This document shows, piece by piece, positions 17,367 through 25,953 of a DNA stretch of 46,018 bases. The translations under genes and the position numbers were made by a program. The notes under the pieces were generated by a model. The model saw only the letters and a program-made list of their open reading frames with translations. It did no database searches and was not told the origin of the DNA. Each line of letters begins with the position of its first letter. The stretch's first letter is position 1. Location: assembly GCA_046076065.1 (NCBI GenBank), contig JBJTRH010000356.1, forward strand, positions 1 to 46,018. The letters run 5' to 3'. This DNA comes from Planctomycetaceae bacterium (lineage in GTDB: Bacteria > Planctomycetota > Planctomycetia > Pirellulales > UBA1268).

Positions 17367-18664
17367 CGGAGCTCCGGCGGTTCGACGTGAAGTCGCTGGC
17401 CCGCGTGGAGGGCGAGGGATCGCTCCGCGTCCGTGTGGCCGATGGCCGCGTCGAGATCGCCGAGTTCTCGATCTACGAGCCCCCGAGGTTCTTCGAGAAG
17501 CTCGTCCGCGGCCGCGCGATCCACGAGGTGCCCGACATCGTGGCGAGAATCTGCGGTATCTGCCCGGTGGCCTACCAGCTCACGGCCTGCATCGCGCTGG
17601 AAAAGGCCCTGGGCATCGCGGTCACGCCTGACATCGCCAGGCTGCGGCGGCTGCTCTACCACGGCGAATGGATCCAGAGCCACGGGCTGCACGTGCACCT
17701 GCTCCATGCTCCCGACTTCTTCGGCGTGGAGAGTGGCATCGCGCTGGCCGCCTCGCGGCCCGACCTCGTCGATCGTGGCCTCCGGCTCAAGGACCTCGGC
17801 GCGCGGATCATGGAGGTGGTCGGCGGCCGAGCGGTGCACCCGATCAACGTGGCCGTGGGGGGCTTTCACAAGGCCCCGCCGACTGCTGCGATTCGCGGCC
17901 TCGTGCCCGACCTCGAGTGGGCGTTCGCCGCAGCCCTCGACCTGATCGGCGAGGTGAGCCGATTCGAGTTTCCGGGGCTGCCGCACGACTACGACGGCGT
18001 CTGCCTGCGGCCGACCGCGGGCTATCCGCTCGATGAGGGCCGGATCGTGAGCACGAGCGGCCTCGACATCGATATCGCCGAGTACGAGCGGCACTTCGCC
18101 GAGTGGCAGGTGCCCTGGAGCACGGCCCTGCATTCCGTGAGGCTTCCGGGCGAGACGCCGTATCTCGTGGGGCCGCTGGCACGGGTGAACCTCTGCCACG
18201 ACCGGCTGCCGCCGCAGACGCGGCGGGCGGTCGACGCCTGCGGACTCGAGCTGCCGCTGCGGCTCTCAGCCCAGTCGATCGTGGCCCGCGCCATCGAGAT
18301 CGCCGCGGCCTGCGAAGAGGCCCTCGCGATTGCTGGATCTGCTGCGGCCGACATCTCGCCGTGCCGCATGCCCTGGGAGCCGCGGGCCGGCGTTGGCAGC
18401 CATGCCACCGAGGCGCCGCGGGGCCTGCTCTGGCACCGCTACGAGATTGGCGACGACGGCCTCGTTCGTCACGCAGCCATCGTGCCGCCGACGTCGCAGA
18501 ATCAGGCGATGATCGAGGCCGATCTGAAGGCCATGCTGCCGACGGTGCTCGACCGCGACGACGCGGCCGCCACCTTCGCCTGCGAGCGGCTGATCCGCGA
18601 CTACGACCCGTGCATCAGCTGCGCCACGCACTTCCTGCGGCTGCGAATCGACCGGGGCGAGTGA
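17363..18664 (+). CDS. Group 3b [NiFe]-hydrogenase large (alpha) subunit
   Basis: ARVEGEG, EPPRFFE, L1 motif RICGICPVAY, EAPRG, L2 motif DYDPCISCATH followed by a 10-aa cleavable extension. Confidence 0.93.
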   Translation: MTELRRFDVKSLARVEGEGSLRVRVADGRVEIAEFSIYEPPRFFEKLVRGRAIHEVPDIVARICGICPVAYQLTACIALEKALGIAVTPDIARLRRLLYHGEWIQSHGLHVHLLHAPDFFGVESGIALAASRPDLVDRGLRLKDLGARIMEVVGGRAVHPINVAVGGFHKAPPTAAIRGLVPDLEWAFAAALDLIGEVSRFEFPGLPHDYDGVCLRPTAGYPLDEGRIVSTSGLDIDIAEYERHFAEWQVPWSTALHSVRLPGETPYLVGPLARVNLCHDRLPPQTRRAVDACGLELPLRLSAQSIVARAIEIAAACEEALAIAGSAAADISPCRMPWEPRAGVGSHATEAPRGLLWHRYEIGDDGLVRHAAIVPPTSQNQAMIEADLKAMLPTVLDRDDAAATFACERLIRDYDPCISCATHFLRLRIDRGE

Positions 18665-18686
18665 CCTTCCGGTGGCTCGGGTCATG

Positions 18687-18720
18687 AGGAAGCCGCAATC
18701 GCGTAAGCGATGCGGGCTGC
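18687..18720. repeat. 34-bp hairpin repeat, unit 1 (AGGAAGCCGCAATCGC-GTAA-GCGATGCGGGCTGC)
   Basis: Near-identical units at 18743-18776 and 18981-19014; diverged unit at 31462-31493. Confidence 0.9.
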
Positions 18721-18742
18721 ACCACGCAGGGCCCGGGCCGTC

Positions 18743-18776
18743 AGGAAGCCGCAATCGCGTGAGCGATGTGGGCTGC
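18743..18776. repeat. 34-bp hairpin repeat, unit 2 (GTGA loop)
   Basis: Two differences from unit 1; followed by the same ACCACG. Confidence 0.9.
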
Positions 18777-18785
18777 ACCACGGAA

Positions 18786-18931
18786 GGCTCGGGGCTGCCC
18801 ATGCCCCGTCACCGGACGTTCCCCTCGGCCATCGTGGCCTCGGCTCACTCGGATGCCGCCGGCGCTTCGCCATCCTGGCTTCGCTTGGCGGCATACGCCG
18901 GCCACGGGGCATAGGCAGCCCCTCGCTGAGT
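18786..18931. repeat. About 146-bp multi-hairpin element, copy A (REP/MITE-like or structured RNA)
   Basis: 18-bp terminal inverted arms (18791-18808 and 18905-18922) enclose GCCA-TCG/TCC-TGGC hairpins. Second copy at 31306-31452; extra copy of the 3' arm at 18949-18966. Confidence 0.85.
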
Positions 18932-18980
18932 GCGGGCCGGAGAGGAGTGCATGGGCAGCCCCTCGCAGAGATCGTTCTTC

Positions 18981-19014
18981 AGGAAGCCGCAATCGCGTGA
19001 GCGATGCGGGCTGC
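18981..19014. repeat. 34-bp hairpin repeat, unit 3 (GTGA loop)
   Basis: One difference from unit 1; ends 2 nt before the sulfatase stop codon. Confidence 0.9.
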
Positions 19015-19016
19015 GG

Positions 19017-20606
19017 TCAGCTCTCGCTCGCTGCGGCGATCGCCTCGGACACGGTCTTCGTGCCGAGCGGCTTCTTGCCGTCGAACGGGCCGTCGGCCGA
19101 GCCGGCCGGCCACGTCTTCGGGTCGGCGTAGAGGCCGTCGTCGGCATACTCCTTCTGCAGCCGGGTGATCTCGGCCTTGAGTTCCGCGAAGACCTTCGCG
19201 ACCTCGGGCCGGTTCGCCTCGTCGGGATCGAAGAGAAGGTTGTGCTGCTCGGTCGGGTCCTTCACGAGGTCGTAGAGTTCCCAGGCGTCCTTCTTCCAGT
19301 AGTGGATCAGCTTGTGCGTGGCCGTGCGGACGCCGTAGTGGGCCCGTGTGTTGTGATGTCCGGGGTCGTGGTAGTAGCGGTAGTAGACGCTCGTCCGCCA
19401 TTCGGCCGGACGCTCGCCGCGGAGCAGCGGGGCCACGCTCCGGCCCTGCATCCACTCGGGGATCGGGAGCCCTGCGAGGTCGAGAATCGTGGGGGCGAGG
19501 TCTATGTTGGCCACGAACTGGTCGGGCGTGGAGCCAGCGGCGATGCCCGGCCCCCGCGCGAGCAGCGGGACCCGCAGGCCGGGCTCGTACATGAACCGCT
19601 TGTCATACAGACCGAGGTCACCGAGGTACCACCCGTTGTCGGTGGTGTAGACCACGATCGTGTCGTCGGCGAGGCCCTCGGCGTCGAGCCAGTCGAGCAC
19701 GCGTCCCACGCCGTCGTCCACGCCCTGCACGCAGGCGAGGTAGTCCTGCATGAACCGCTGGTACTTCCAGCGGACGAGGTCGGCGCCCGTGAGCACGTTC
19801 CCGTCGACCACCACCTCCATCGGCTTCTCGCCCAGCCACTTCTGCCGCTCCTTGGCCGTGAGCGCCGCCGGCGGCTCGAGCTTGAGGTCGCGGCGGGTGA
19901 GGTCGCGGGCAATCGTCTGCTCGTTCTCGGGCAGCGCCACCGGCCGCGTGGCGTAGTCGTCGAACAGCGTGGGAGGCTCGGGGATGACGGCGCCCGCGAA
20001 CTTCGCCCGGTTCGCCTCGTCGGGCGTCCACTCCCGGTGCGGGGCCTTGTGGTGGAGCATCAGGAAGAACGGCTTCTCCTGCGGCCGTGTCTTCAGGAAC
20101 TCGAGGCCAAGGTCGGTGGTAACCGCCGTGCAGTGACCCTCGATCGCCAGCGACCCTCCCGGCACGAGGAATGTCGGGTTGCGGTAGGCACCCTGACCGG
20201 GGAGCACGATCCAGCGGTCGAATCCCGTGGGGTCGCTGCCGAGATGCCACTTGCCCACCATGCCGGTGTGGTAGCCGCCCGCCCGCATCCGCTTGCCGAG
20301 ATGGTCGCGGCCGCCATCGAAGCGATTGAACACGGGCACGCCGTTCTTGTGGGAATACTGACCGGTGAGCAGCGTGGCCCGGCTCGGCGTGCAGATCGAG
20401 TTGGTGACGAATGAGTTGAGAAATCGCGCCCCCCCCGACGCCAGGCGATCGAGGTGGGGCGTCTGGTTGAGCTTCGAGCCGTAGCACGAGAGGGCGTGCT
20501 GGGCGTGGTCGTCGGTGAAGATGAAGACCACGTTCGGCCGCTTCGGGGCGTCGGCACACGCGGCCGATGCGGCCATGCCCAGGATGATCGCAGCGAGTCG
20601 GTTCAT
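19017..20606 (-). CDS. Secreted Cys-type formylglycine sulfatase (S1 family)
   Basis: Signal peptide, RPNVVFIFTDDH, CTPSRATLLTG, GYHTGMVGKWHLG, HKAPH, DNG, DKRFMYE. Confidence 0.92.
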   Translation of the reverse strand: MNRLAAIILGMAASAACADAPKRPNVVFIFTDDHAQHALSCYGSKLNQTPHLDRLASGGARFLNSFVTNSICTPSRATLLTGQYSHKNGVPVFNRFDGGRDHLGKRMRAGGYHTGMVGKWHLGSDPTGFDRWIVLPGQGAYRNPTFLVPGGSLAIEGHCTAVTTDLGLEFLKTRPQEKPFFLMLHHKAPHREWTPDEANRAKFAGAVIPEPPTLFDDYATRPVALPENEQTIARDLTRRDLKLEPPAALTAKERQKWLGEKPMEVVVDGNVLTGADLVRWKYQRFMQDYLACVQGVDDGVGRVLDWLDAEGLADDTIVVYTTDNGWYLGDLGLYDKRFMYEPGLRVPLLARGPGIAAGSTPDQFVANIDLAPTILDLAGLPIPEWMQGRSVAPLLRGERPAEWRTSVYYRYYHDPGHHNTRAHYGVRTATHKLIHYWKKDAWELYDLVKDPTEQHNLLFDPDEANRPEVAKVFAELKAEITRLQKEYADDGLYADPKTWPAGSADGPFDGKKPLGTKTVSEAIAAASES

Positions 20607-20610
20607 GGCT

Positions 20611-21690
20611 TCAGCATATCCGGGGCAGTTGCTCGCCGAGGGGCATCGGGATGATCCGCGTGCCCCCGATGGCCGTCCGCATCACCACCATCCGGGGATG
20701 GCGGTCGACCACGCGGCCGATCGCCGTGGCGTCGCGGCCATGTTCATGGGCCCGCATCGCAGCGAGCACGCGGTCGGCGGCGTCGGCCGGCACGATCGCG
20801 AGCAGTTTGCCCTCGTTGGCCACCAGCAGCGGGTCGAGGCCAAGGATCTCGCACGCCGCGGCCACCACGGGCCGCACCGGCACTGTCGGCTCGTCGATCT
20901 CGATGCCCGCGCCGGCCGCGACCGCAATCTCGTTGAGGCTGGTGGCCGCACCGCCGCGGGTCGGATCGCGAAGCACGCGGATCACCGGACAGGCGGCAAG
21001 CATCGCGGCCACGAGCCCGTGGAGCGGCGCGGTGTCGCTGGCGATCTCCGCCTCGAACTCCAGCCCCTCGCGGACGCTAATGATAGCCAGGCCGTGGTCG
21101 CCGAGCATGCCGCTGGCGATCACGATATCGCCGGCCTGCACGCGATCGGCGCCAAGGTCGATCCCGGCTGGCACCACGCCCACGCCCGCCGTGTTCACGT
21201 AGACGCCGTCGCCGTGTCCCCGCTCGACCACCTTCGTGTCGCCGGTGACGATCCGCACGCCGGCGCGGGCTGCCGCGGCTGCCATCCGCCTCGCCACCTC
21301 GGCAAGATCGCCGATCGGCAACCCCTCCTCGATGATGAACCCCGCCGTGAGGTAGAGCGGCCTGGCTCCGCTCATGGCGAGGTCGTTGACGGTGCCGTTC
21401 ACGGCGAGGTCGCCGATCGAGCCGCCCGGAAAGAAGAGCGGCCGGACGACGTAGGAATCGGTCGACAGGGCCAGCCGGCCACCGGCGAGCAGGTCGGCGT
21501 CGAGATCGAGCACCGTCGAGTCGCCGAGCTCGTCGAGGAGCAGATTCGAGAAGGCCGGCAGGAACACGTGCTCGATCAGGTCGCGGGAGAGCGCACCGCC
21601 GCCGCCGTGCCCCATCACCACGTGAGGGTAGTCGCGAAGCGGCAGCGGACACGCGAAGCCGAATCGCGGAGGGCCATCAGTGGGCGACAT
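20611..21690 (-). CDS. hypE: Hydrogenase maturation carbamoyl dehydratase HypE
   Basis: HGGGG, TDSYVV.PLFFPGG.IG.LAVNGTVNDLAM, GDTKVV, RDPTRGG, ANEGK, C-terminal PRIC. Start at ATG 21690; own TAAGAT box at 21732-21737 (- strand). Confidence 0.96.
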   Translation of the reverse strand: MSPTDGPPRFGFACPLPLRDYPHVVMGHGGGGALSRDLIEHVFLPAFSNLLLDELGDSTVLDLDADLLAGGRLALSTDSYVVRPLFFPGGSIGDLAVNGTVNDLAMSGARPLYLTAGFIIEEGLPIGDLAEVARRMAAAAARAGVRIVTGDTKVVERGHGDGVYVNTAGVGVVPAGIDLGADRVQAGDIVIASGMLGDHGLAIISVREGLEFEAEIASDTAPLHGLVAAMLAACPVIRVLRDPTRGGAATSLNEIAVAAGAGIEIDEPTVPVRPVVAAACEILGLDPLLVANEGKLLAIVPADAADRVLAAMRAHEHGRDATAIGRVVDRHPRMVVMRTAIGGTRIIPMPLGEQLPRIC

Positions 21691-21883
21691 GAGGTTGAAT
21701 CCGAAGGCCGATGCGGGATGCCTCAACAGTCATCTTATCCCGGGCCCGTGGCCCGTAGGCCAGCTGCTTGTCTCACCTGGCACGACGCCGCCGGCCGGTG
21801 GCGACGCTGTGATGGCGGATGTACCATCGTCGAAACGGGTCCTTCATCACTCTTTGCTCAGCCCTGCCTCTGGAGATTGCACG

Positions 21884-23038
21884 ATGCGGCGAATGCTCTG
21901 GATCGTTCTCGTCGCCATTGCCGTCATGCCGCGGTCGGCTCCGGCCATCGACTACCTCTACCCGTTTTTCGCGTCGACAGACAATCAGGCGTCGGAGGGC
22001 GTGCGGCGGTACGACTCCAGCAGCGTGCTGATGGCCTGCAGCTACACGGCCAGCGGCTCGGCCACGCAGGGGATGTGGTGGCTCGGCTCGCTCACGACCG
22101 GCAGCGGCACCCCCTACCAGGTCCTGCCGCAGTTCACCGGCCAGACGGTGACCACGTCGCTCTACTACGGCCCCAATACGGCGTTCGCGAATCCGACGCT
22201 CGGCTCCGGCACCATTCAGATCGTCGGCAGCTACAAGTACGCCGAGGCCGCCGACCCGAACGTGAATCAGGGCCTGCTCTACACCGGGCCGCTGAGCGGC
22301 GTGGGGGGCACGTGGACGCAGCTCTCCGTGCCGAGCAACCTCACGACCGGCACCGTGGCCAACACGGTGCCGCACAGCGTGATGGGCGAGGTCGTGGTGG
22401 GCAACTATGAGCTGGCGGGCGTGCCCGCGTCGGGCAACGCCTTTCTCTACAACACGACGAGCGGCTCCTACACGATCTTCTCGCTCGGCGGCGTGCAGAA
22501 TCTGACGAGTGCCTACGGCGTCTGGCAGAACTCGGCCGACAGCTACACGATCGTGGGGGGCTCCCAGATCGGCGGGATCAACAAGGCCTACATCCTCGAT
22601 TACACGCTCTCGACCGGCTCCTTCGGCGCCCCGACCTACTTCGCCCCGCGGGGTGAGAGCGTGACCATCTTGTCCCACTTCGAGGGCGTGTCGGGACTGG
22701 CTGCGGGAAGCTACGCCCTGATCGGCATGACGGTCGATTCGGGCAGCAACCCCATCGGCGTCGACTACGTGGTGGCCACCCGCACCGGCGACGGCTCCTT
22801 TTCCCGGGGCGACTGGGTGCCGCTCTCCGTACCGGGGTCGGCGAGCACGACCGGCAACACGGTGATCGACAACTTCGCCATCGGTGTCTATACGACGAGC
22901 ACGTCAGCGGGCACGTCCGCTTACGTCGCCACCGTTCCCGAGCCCGCCGCGGCAGGGCTGGCCGTCGTCGGCTTGGTCGTCTTCGCCGCGATCAGGGCCC
23001 GGCGTCACGCCTCGGAGGCCGCGAACCGGCCCGCGTGA
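21884..23038 (+). CDS. PEP-CTERM surface protein of unknown function
   Basis: Signal peptide [15 protein letters not shown], Ser/Thr/Gly/Tyr-rich beta-type body, [31 protein letters not shown]. 3' end overlaps hypD by 34 nt. Confidence 0.85.
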   Translation: MRRMLWIVLVAIAVMPRSAPAIDYLYPFFASTDNQASEGVRRYDSSSVLMACSYTASGSATQGMWWLGSLTTGSGTPYQVLPQFTGQTVTTSLYYGPNTAFANPTLGSGTIQIVGSYKYAEAADPNVNQGLLYTGPLSGVGGTWTQLSVPSNLTTGTVANTVPHSVMGEVVVGNYELAGVPASGNAFLYNTTSGSYTIFSLGGVQNLTSAYGVWQNSADSYTIVGGSQIGGINKAYILDYTLSTGSFGAPTYFAPRGESVTILSHFEGVSGLAAGSYALIGMTVDSGSNPIGVDYVVATRTGDGSFSRGDWVPLSVPGSASTTGNTVIDNFAIGVYTTSTSAGTSAYVATVPEPAAAGLAVVGLVVFAAIRARRHASEAANRPA

Positions 23039-24105
23039 TAGTAGGCGGCGCAGGCCCCCTCGCTCGACACCATCGTCGCGCCCAGCGGGGTCCGCGGTGT
23101 GCATTCCTTGCCGAAGGCCGGGCACTGGTTGGGCTTGAGCGTGCCCCGCAGCACCTCGCCGCTGCGGCAGAGCGGCGACTCGTCGGCCGTCACGTGCCCC
23201 GCCGCAAACCTGGCCTCGGCGTCGTAGTCGCGGTAGGCCTCGGCGAGCCGCCAGCCGCTCGCCGGGATCACGCCGATCCCCCGCCAGGCCCGGTCGACCG
23301 GCTCGAACACCTCGGCGATCACGGCCTGCGCAGGCTCGTTGCCCCGCTCGCTCACGACGCGGGCGTAGGCGTTCTCCACCTCGTGGCGGCCCGCTTCCAG
23401 CTGGAGCACCGTGCGGCGGATGCCCTCGAGCAGGTCGAGCGGCTCGAAGCCCGTCACCACGATCGGCACGTGGAACCGCTCGGCGAGCGGCGGATACTGC
23501 CAGGTGCCCATCACGCTGCACACGTGCCCCGCCGCCAGGAACGCCTGCACGCGATTCCCGGGCGACCGCATGATCGCCTCGATCGCCGGCGGCACGAGCA
23601 CGTGCGACACGAGCATCGAGAAGTTGGCCAGCCCCTGCTGCTTCGCGACCTTCACCGCCATGGCGTTGGCAGGAGCGGTCGTCTCGAAGCCGATCGCCAG
23701 AAACACGACCTGCCGCCCGGGATGCTCCCGGGCGAGCGTCACCGCGTCGAGGGGCGAGTAGACCACGCGGACGTCGGCTCCGCGGCCCTTCACTGAGAAC
23801 AGGTTCTCCCGCGACCCCGGCACGCGAAGCATGTCGCCGAAGGAGCAGAAGATCACCCCCGGCTGCGCCGCGATCGCGAGCGCCTTGTCGATCGTCTCGA
23901 GGGGTGTCACGCAGACCGGGCAGCCCGGCCCGTGGATCAGCTCCACCTCGCCCGGCAGGAGCTGGTCCACGCCGTTGCGGATGATCGAGTGCGTCTGCCC
24001 GCCGCAGACCTCCATGATCGCCCACGGACGTGTGACGATCCGCCGGATCTCGGCAGCGAGCCGCTTCGCCGTGTCGGCATCGCGGTATTCGGCGAGATGC
24101 TTCAT
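23005..24105 (-). CDS. hypD: Hydrogenase maturation protein HypD
   Basis: [48 protein letters not shown]. Start at ATG 24105. Confidence 0.96.
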   Translation of the reverse strand: MKHLAEYRDADTAKRLAAEIRRIVTRPWAIMEVCGGQTHSIIRNGVDQLLPGEVELIHGPGCPVCVTPLETIDKALAIAAQPGVIFCSFGDMLRVPGSRENLFSVKGRGADVRVVYSPLDAVTLAREHPGRQVVFLAIGFETTAPANAMAVKVAKQQGLANFSMLVSHVLVPPAIEAIMRSPGNRVQAFLAAGHVCSVMGTWQYPPLAERFHVPIVVTGFEPLDLLEGIRRTVLQLEAGRHEVENAYARVVSERGNEPAQAVIAEVFEPVDRAWRGIGVIPASGWRLAEAYRDYDAEARFAAGHVTADESPLCRSGEVLRGTLKPNQCPAFGKECTPRTPLGATMVSSEGACAAYYHAGRFAASEA

Positions 24106-24389
24106 GGCCCGTCGGCCTCGGCGGCGGGCAGCTCCTCTCCGCGGAGCTCGGCGAGCCCCTCCTCCAGCAGGCCGAGGTCGGCGAAGGTCTGGAGCGTGGC
24201 CCGGGAGGAGGCCTCGTCGATCTTCGAGATCGCGAAGCCGACGTGCACGATCGTGTAGTCGCCCACCGCGATGTCGGGCAGATACGCCAGGCAGATCTCC
24301 TTGACGACGCCCCCGAAGTTGACGCGGCCCATCCGCGTGCCGTTGGCCTCGTGGATCGACTCGACCTGTCCGGGCACCGCCAGGCACAT
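24102..24389 (-). CDS. hypC: Hydrogenase maturation chaperone HypC
   Basis: N-terminal [31 protein letters not shown]; TAGAAT box at 24447-24452 (- strand). Confidence 0.95.
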   Translation of the reverse strand: MCLAVPGQVESIHEANGTRMGRVNFGGVVKEICLAYLPDIAVGDYTIVHVGFAISKIDEASSRATLQTFADLGLLEEGLAELRGEELPAAEADGP

Positions 24390-24480
24390 GAGCCACCTCC
24401 CGTCCGGGCGTGCGACACCGGCCTTCGGAGTCACCACGCTGTCATCATTCTACGGCGAGTCACCTCCGGGCAATCGCCGC

Positions 24481-25839
24481 TCAGCCAAGCGGAGCCGATT
24501 CGAGCCGGAGCACCACCGGCCGGGAGGTCCGCAGGGTCACCCGCGGCTGTGGCACCACGGGAGCAGGATCGGCCAGCCGCGGGCGGAGCCTCGCGAGGAT
24601 CGTGCCCACGATGATCTGCGACTCGATCATGGCGAAGCTCGCGCCCAGACAGATGCGCGGACCGGCGCTGAAGGGCAGATAGGCGAACTTGTTCTTCTGC
24701 TCCTCGCGGCCCGGCTCGAACCGCTCCGGCCGAAACGCCTCCGGGTCGCTCCAGAGGTGCGGCAGGCGATGGAGGGCGTAGGGGCAGAAGATCACGAGAT
24801 CCCCCTTCGCCACCCGGATGCCGGCGAGGTCGTCGGGGCCGAGTGCCCGTCGATCGAACATCCAGACCGGCGGATACAGCCGAAGTGTCTCCTGAATCAC
24901 GGCCTTGAGCCGCGGCAGGCGAGCGGCGTCGTCCACGGTGGGGGGCCTGCCGCCGGTGGCCGTCACGAGCTCAGCCCGCAGCCGTTCCACCTCGTCGGGA
25001 TGCCGGTCGAGGAGCACCCACAGCCATGAGAGGGCATTCGCCGTCGTCTCGTGGCCGGCGATCATCATCCTCATCACCTCGTCGCGGAGCTGGGCGTCGC
25101 TCATCGACTCGCCCGTCTCCTCGTCCCGTGCCGCCATCAGCGCGGTGAGCAGGTCGCGATGTGCATCCGCAGTCTCGCCGCCGGCCAGACGCCGCCGCCG
25201 CGCGACGATCAGCCGTCGCACGATCGAGTCGAGCGCGTCGAGCGCCGGCCGCAGTCGGCGGTTGTTGGTCGTCGGCAGCCAGAGCGGCGGCCGGACCGGC
25301 GACGACACCCGCGCCGCGAGGCAGGCGAGGATCGTGGGAAACACTCGATTGATCTCGTCGGCGCTCTCCGCGAGATCGTCGCCGAAGAGCGTCTCGGCCA
25401 CCGCGCGGAGCGTGACCTTCATCATGTCGGTGCAGGCATCGACCGAGTCGCCCCGCCGCGCCGCCGCCTCCCAGTCGGCGGCACACTCGGCCGCCATCCG
25501 GGAGATGATCGGCCCGAACCGTTTCACGCTCTCGCCATGGAACGCGGGCTGTGCGATCCGCCGCTGCCGCTTCCAGAAGGCGCCGCCGCTGGTCAGCAGG
25601 CCGTTGCCGAGCACGAACTGCACGGCGTCGAAGGCGGGCGTGTGCTTGTCGTAGTTGCCGAGGTTGTCGAGAAGGACGTGCCGGATGACCGCCGGGTCGG
25701 AGACGAGATGGCCGCGCTGCAGGCCGATCTTCAGCGGCACCACCGCCCCCTGGGCCGACCGGCGGCAGAACTCCCCGAGCGGATCGCGGGCCAGCGTCTC
25801 CAGGTCGCCGCCGATGAGTCGGGAGAGGAGTCCGGCCAT
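24481..25839 (-). CDS. Cytochrome P450
   Basis: GNGLLTS.G..WKRQRR..QPAF, AGHETT, ETLR (ExxR), PERF, heme motif FSAGPRICLG. Start at ATG 25839. Confidence 0.93.
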   Translation of the reverse strand: MAGLLSRLIGGDLETLARDPLGEFCRRSAQGAVVPLKIGLQRGHLVSDPAVIRHVLLDNLGNYDKHTPAFDAVQFVLGNGLLTSGGAFWKRQRRIAQPAFHGESVKRFGPIISRMAAECAADWEAAARRGDSVDACTDMMKVTLRAVAETLFGDDLAESADEINRVFPTILACLAARVSSPVRPPLWLPTTNNRRLRPALDALDSIVRRLIVARRRRLAGGETADAHRDLLTALMAARDEETGESMSDAQLRDEVMRMMIAGHETTANALSWLWVLLDRHPDEVERLRAELVTATGGRPPTVDDAARLPRLKAVIQETLRLYPPVWMFDRRALGPDDLAGIRVAKGDLVIFCPYALHRLPHLWSDPEAFRPERFEPGREEQKNKFAYLPFSAGPRICLGASFAMIESQIIVGTILARLRPRLADPAPVVPQPRVTLRTSRPVVLRLESAPLG

Positions 25840-25953
25840 GGCTCGCGTCGGAGTCTGCTCCCTCACGGAGGACTTGGGAAATCCCGCCGCCACCCTACAC
25901 CATTCCAGTCGCGGAGATTCGCGCAGGATGACGGCGTCGATTACGATGCGGTC

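Noticed and set aside
17363-18664. Selenocysteine ([NiFeSe]) recoding in either large subunit
   Set aside because: All four Ni-binding positions are ordinary Cys codons in both large subunits; no in-frame TGA.
18687-19014. CRISPR array
   Set aside because: Only three units with very unequal gaps (22 and about 204 nt); the long gap is itself a repeat; no cas genes or leader.
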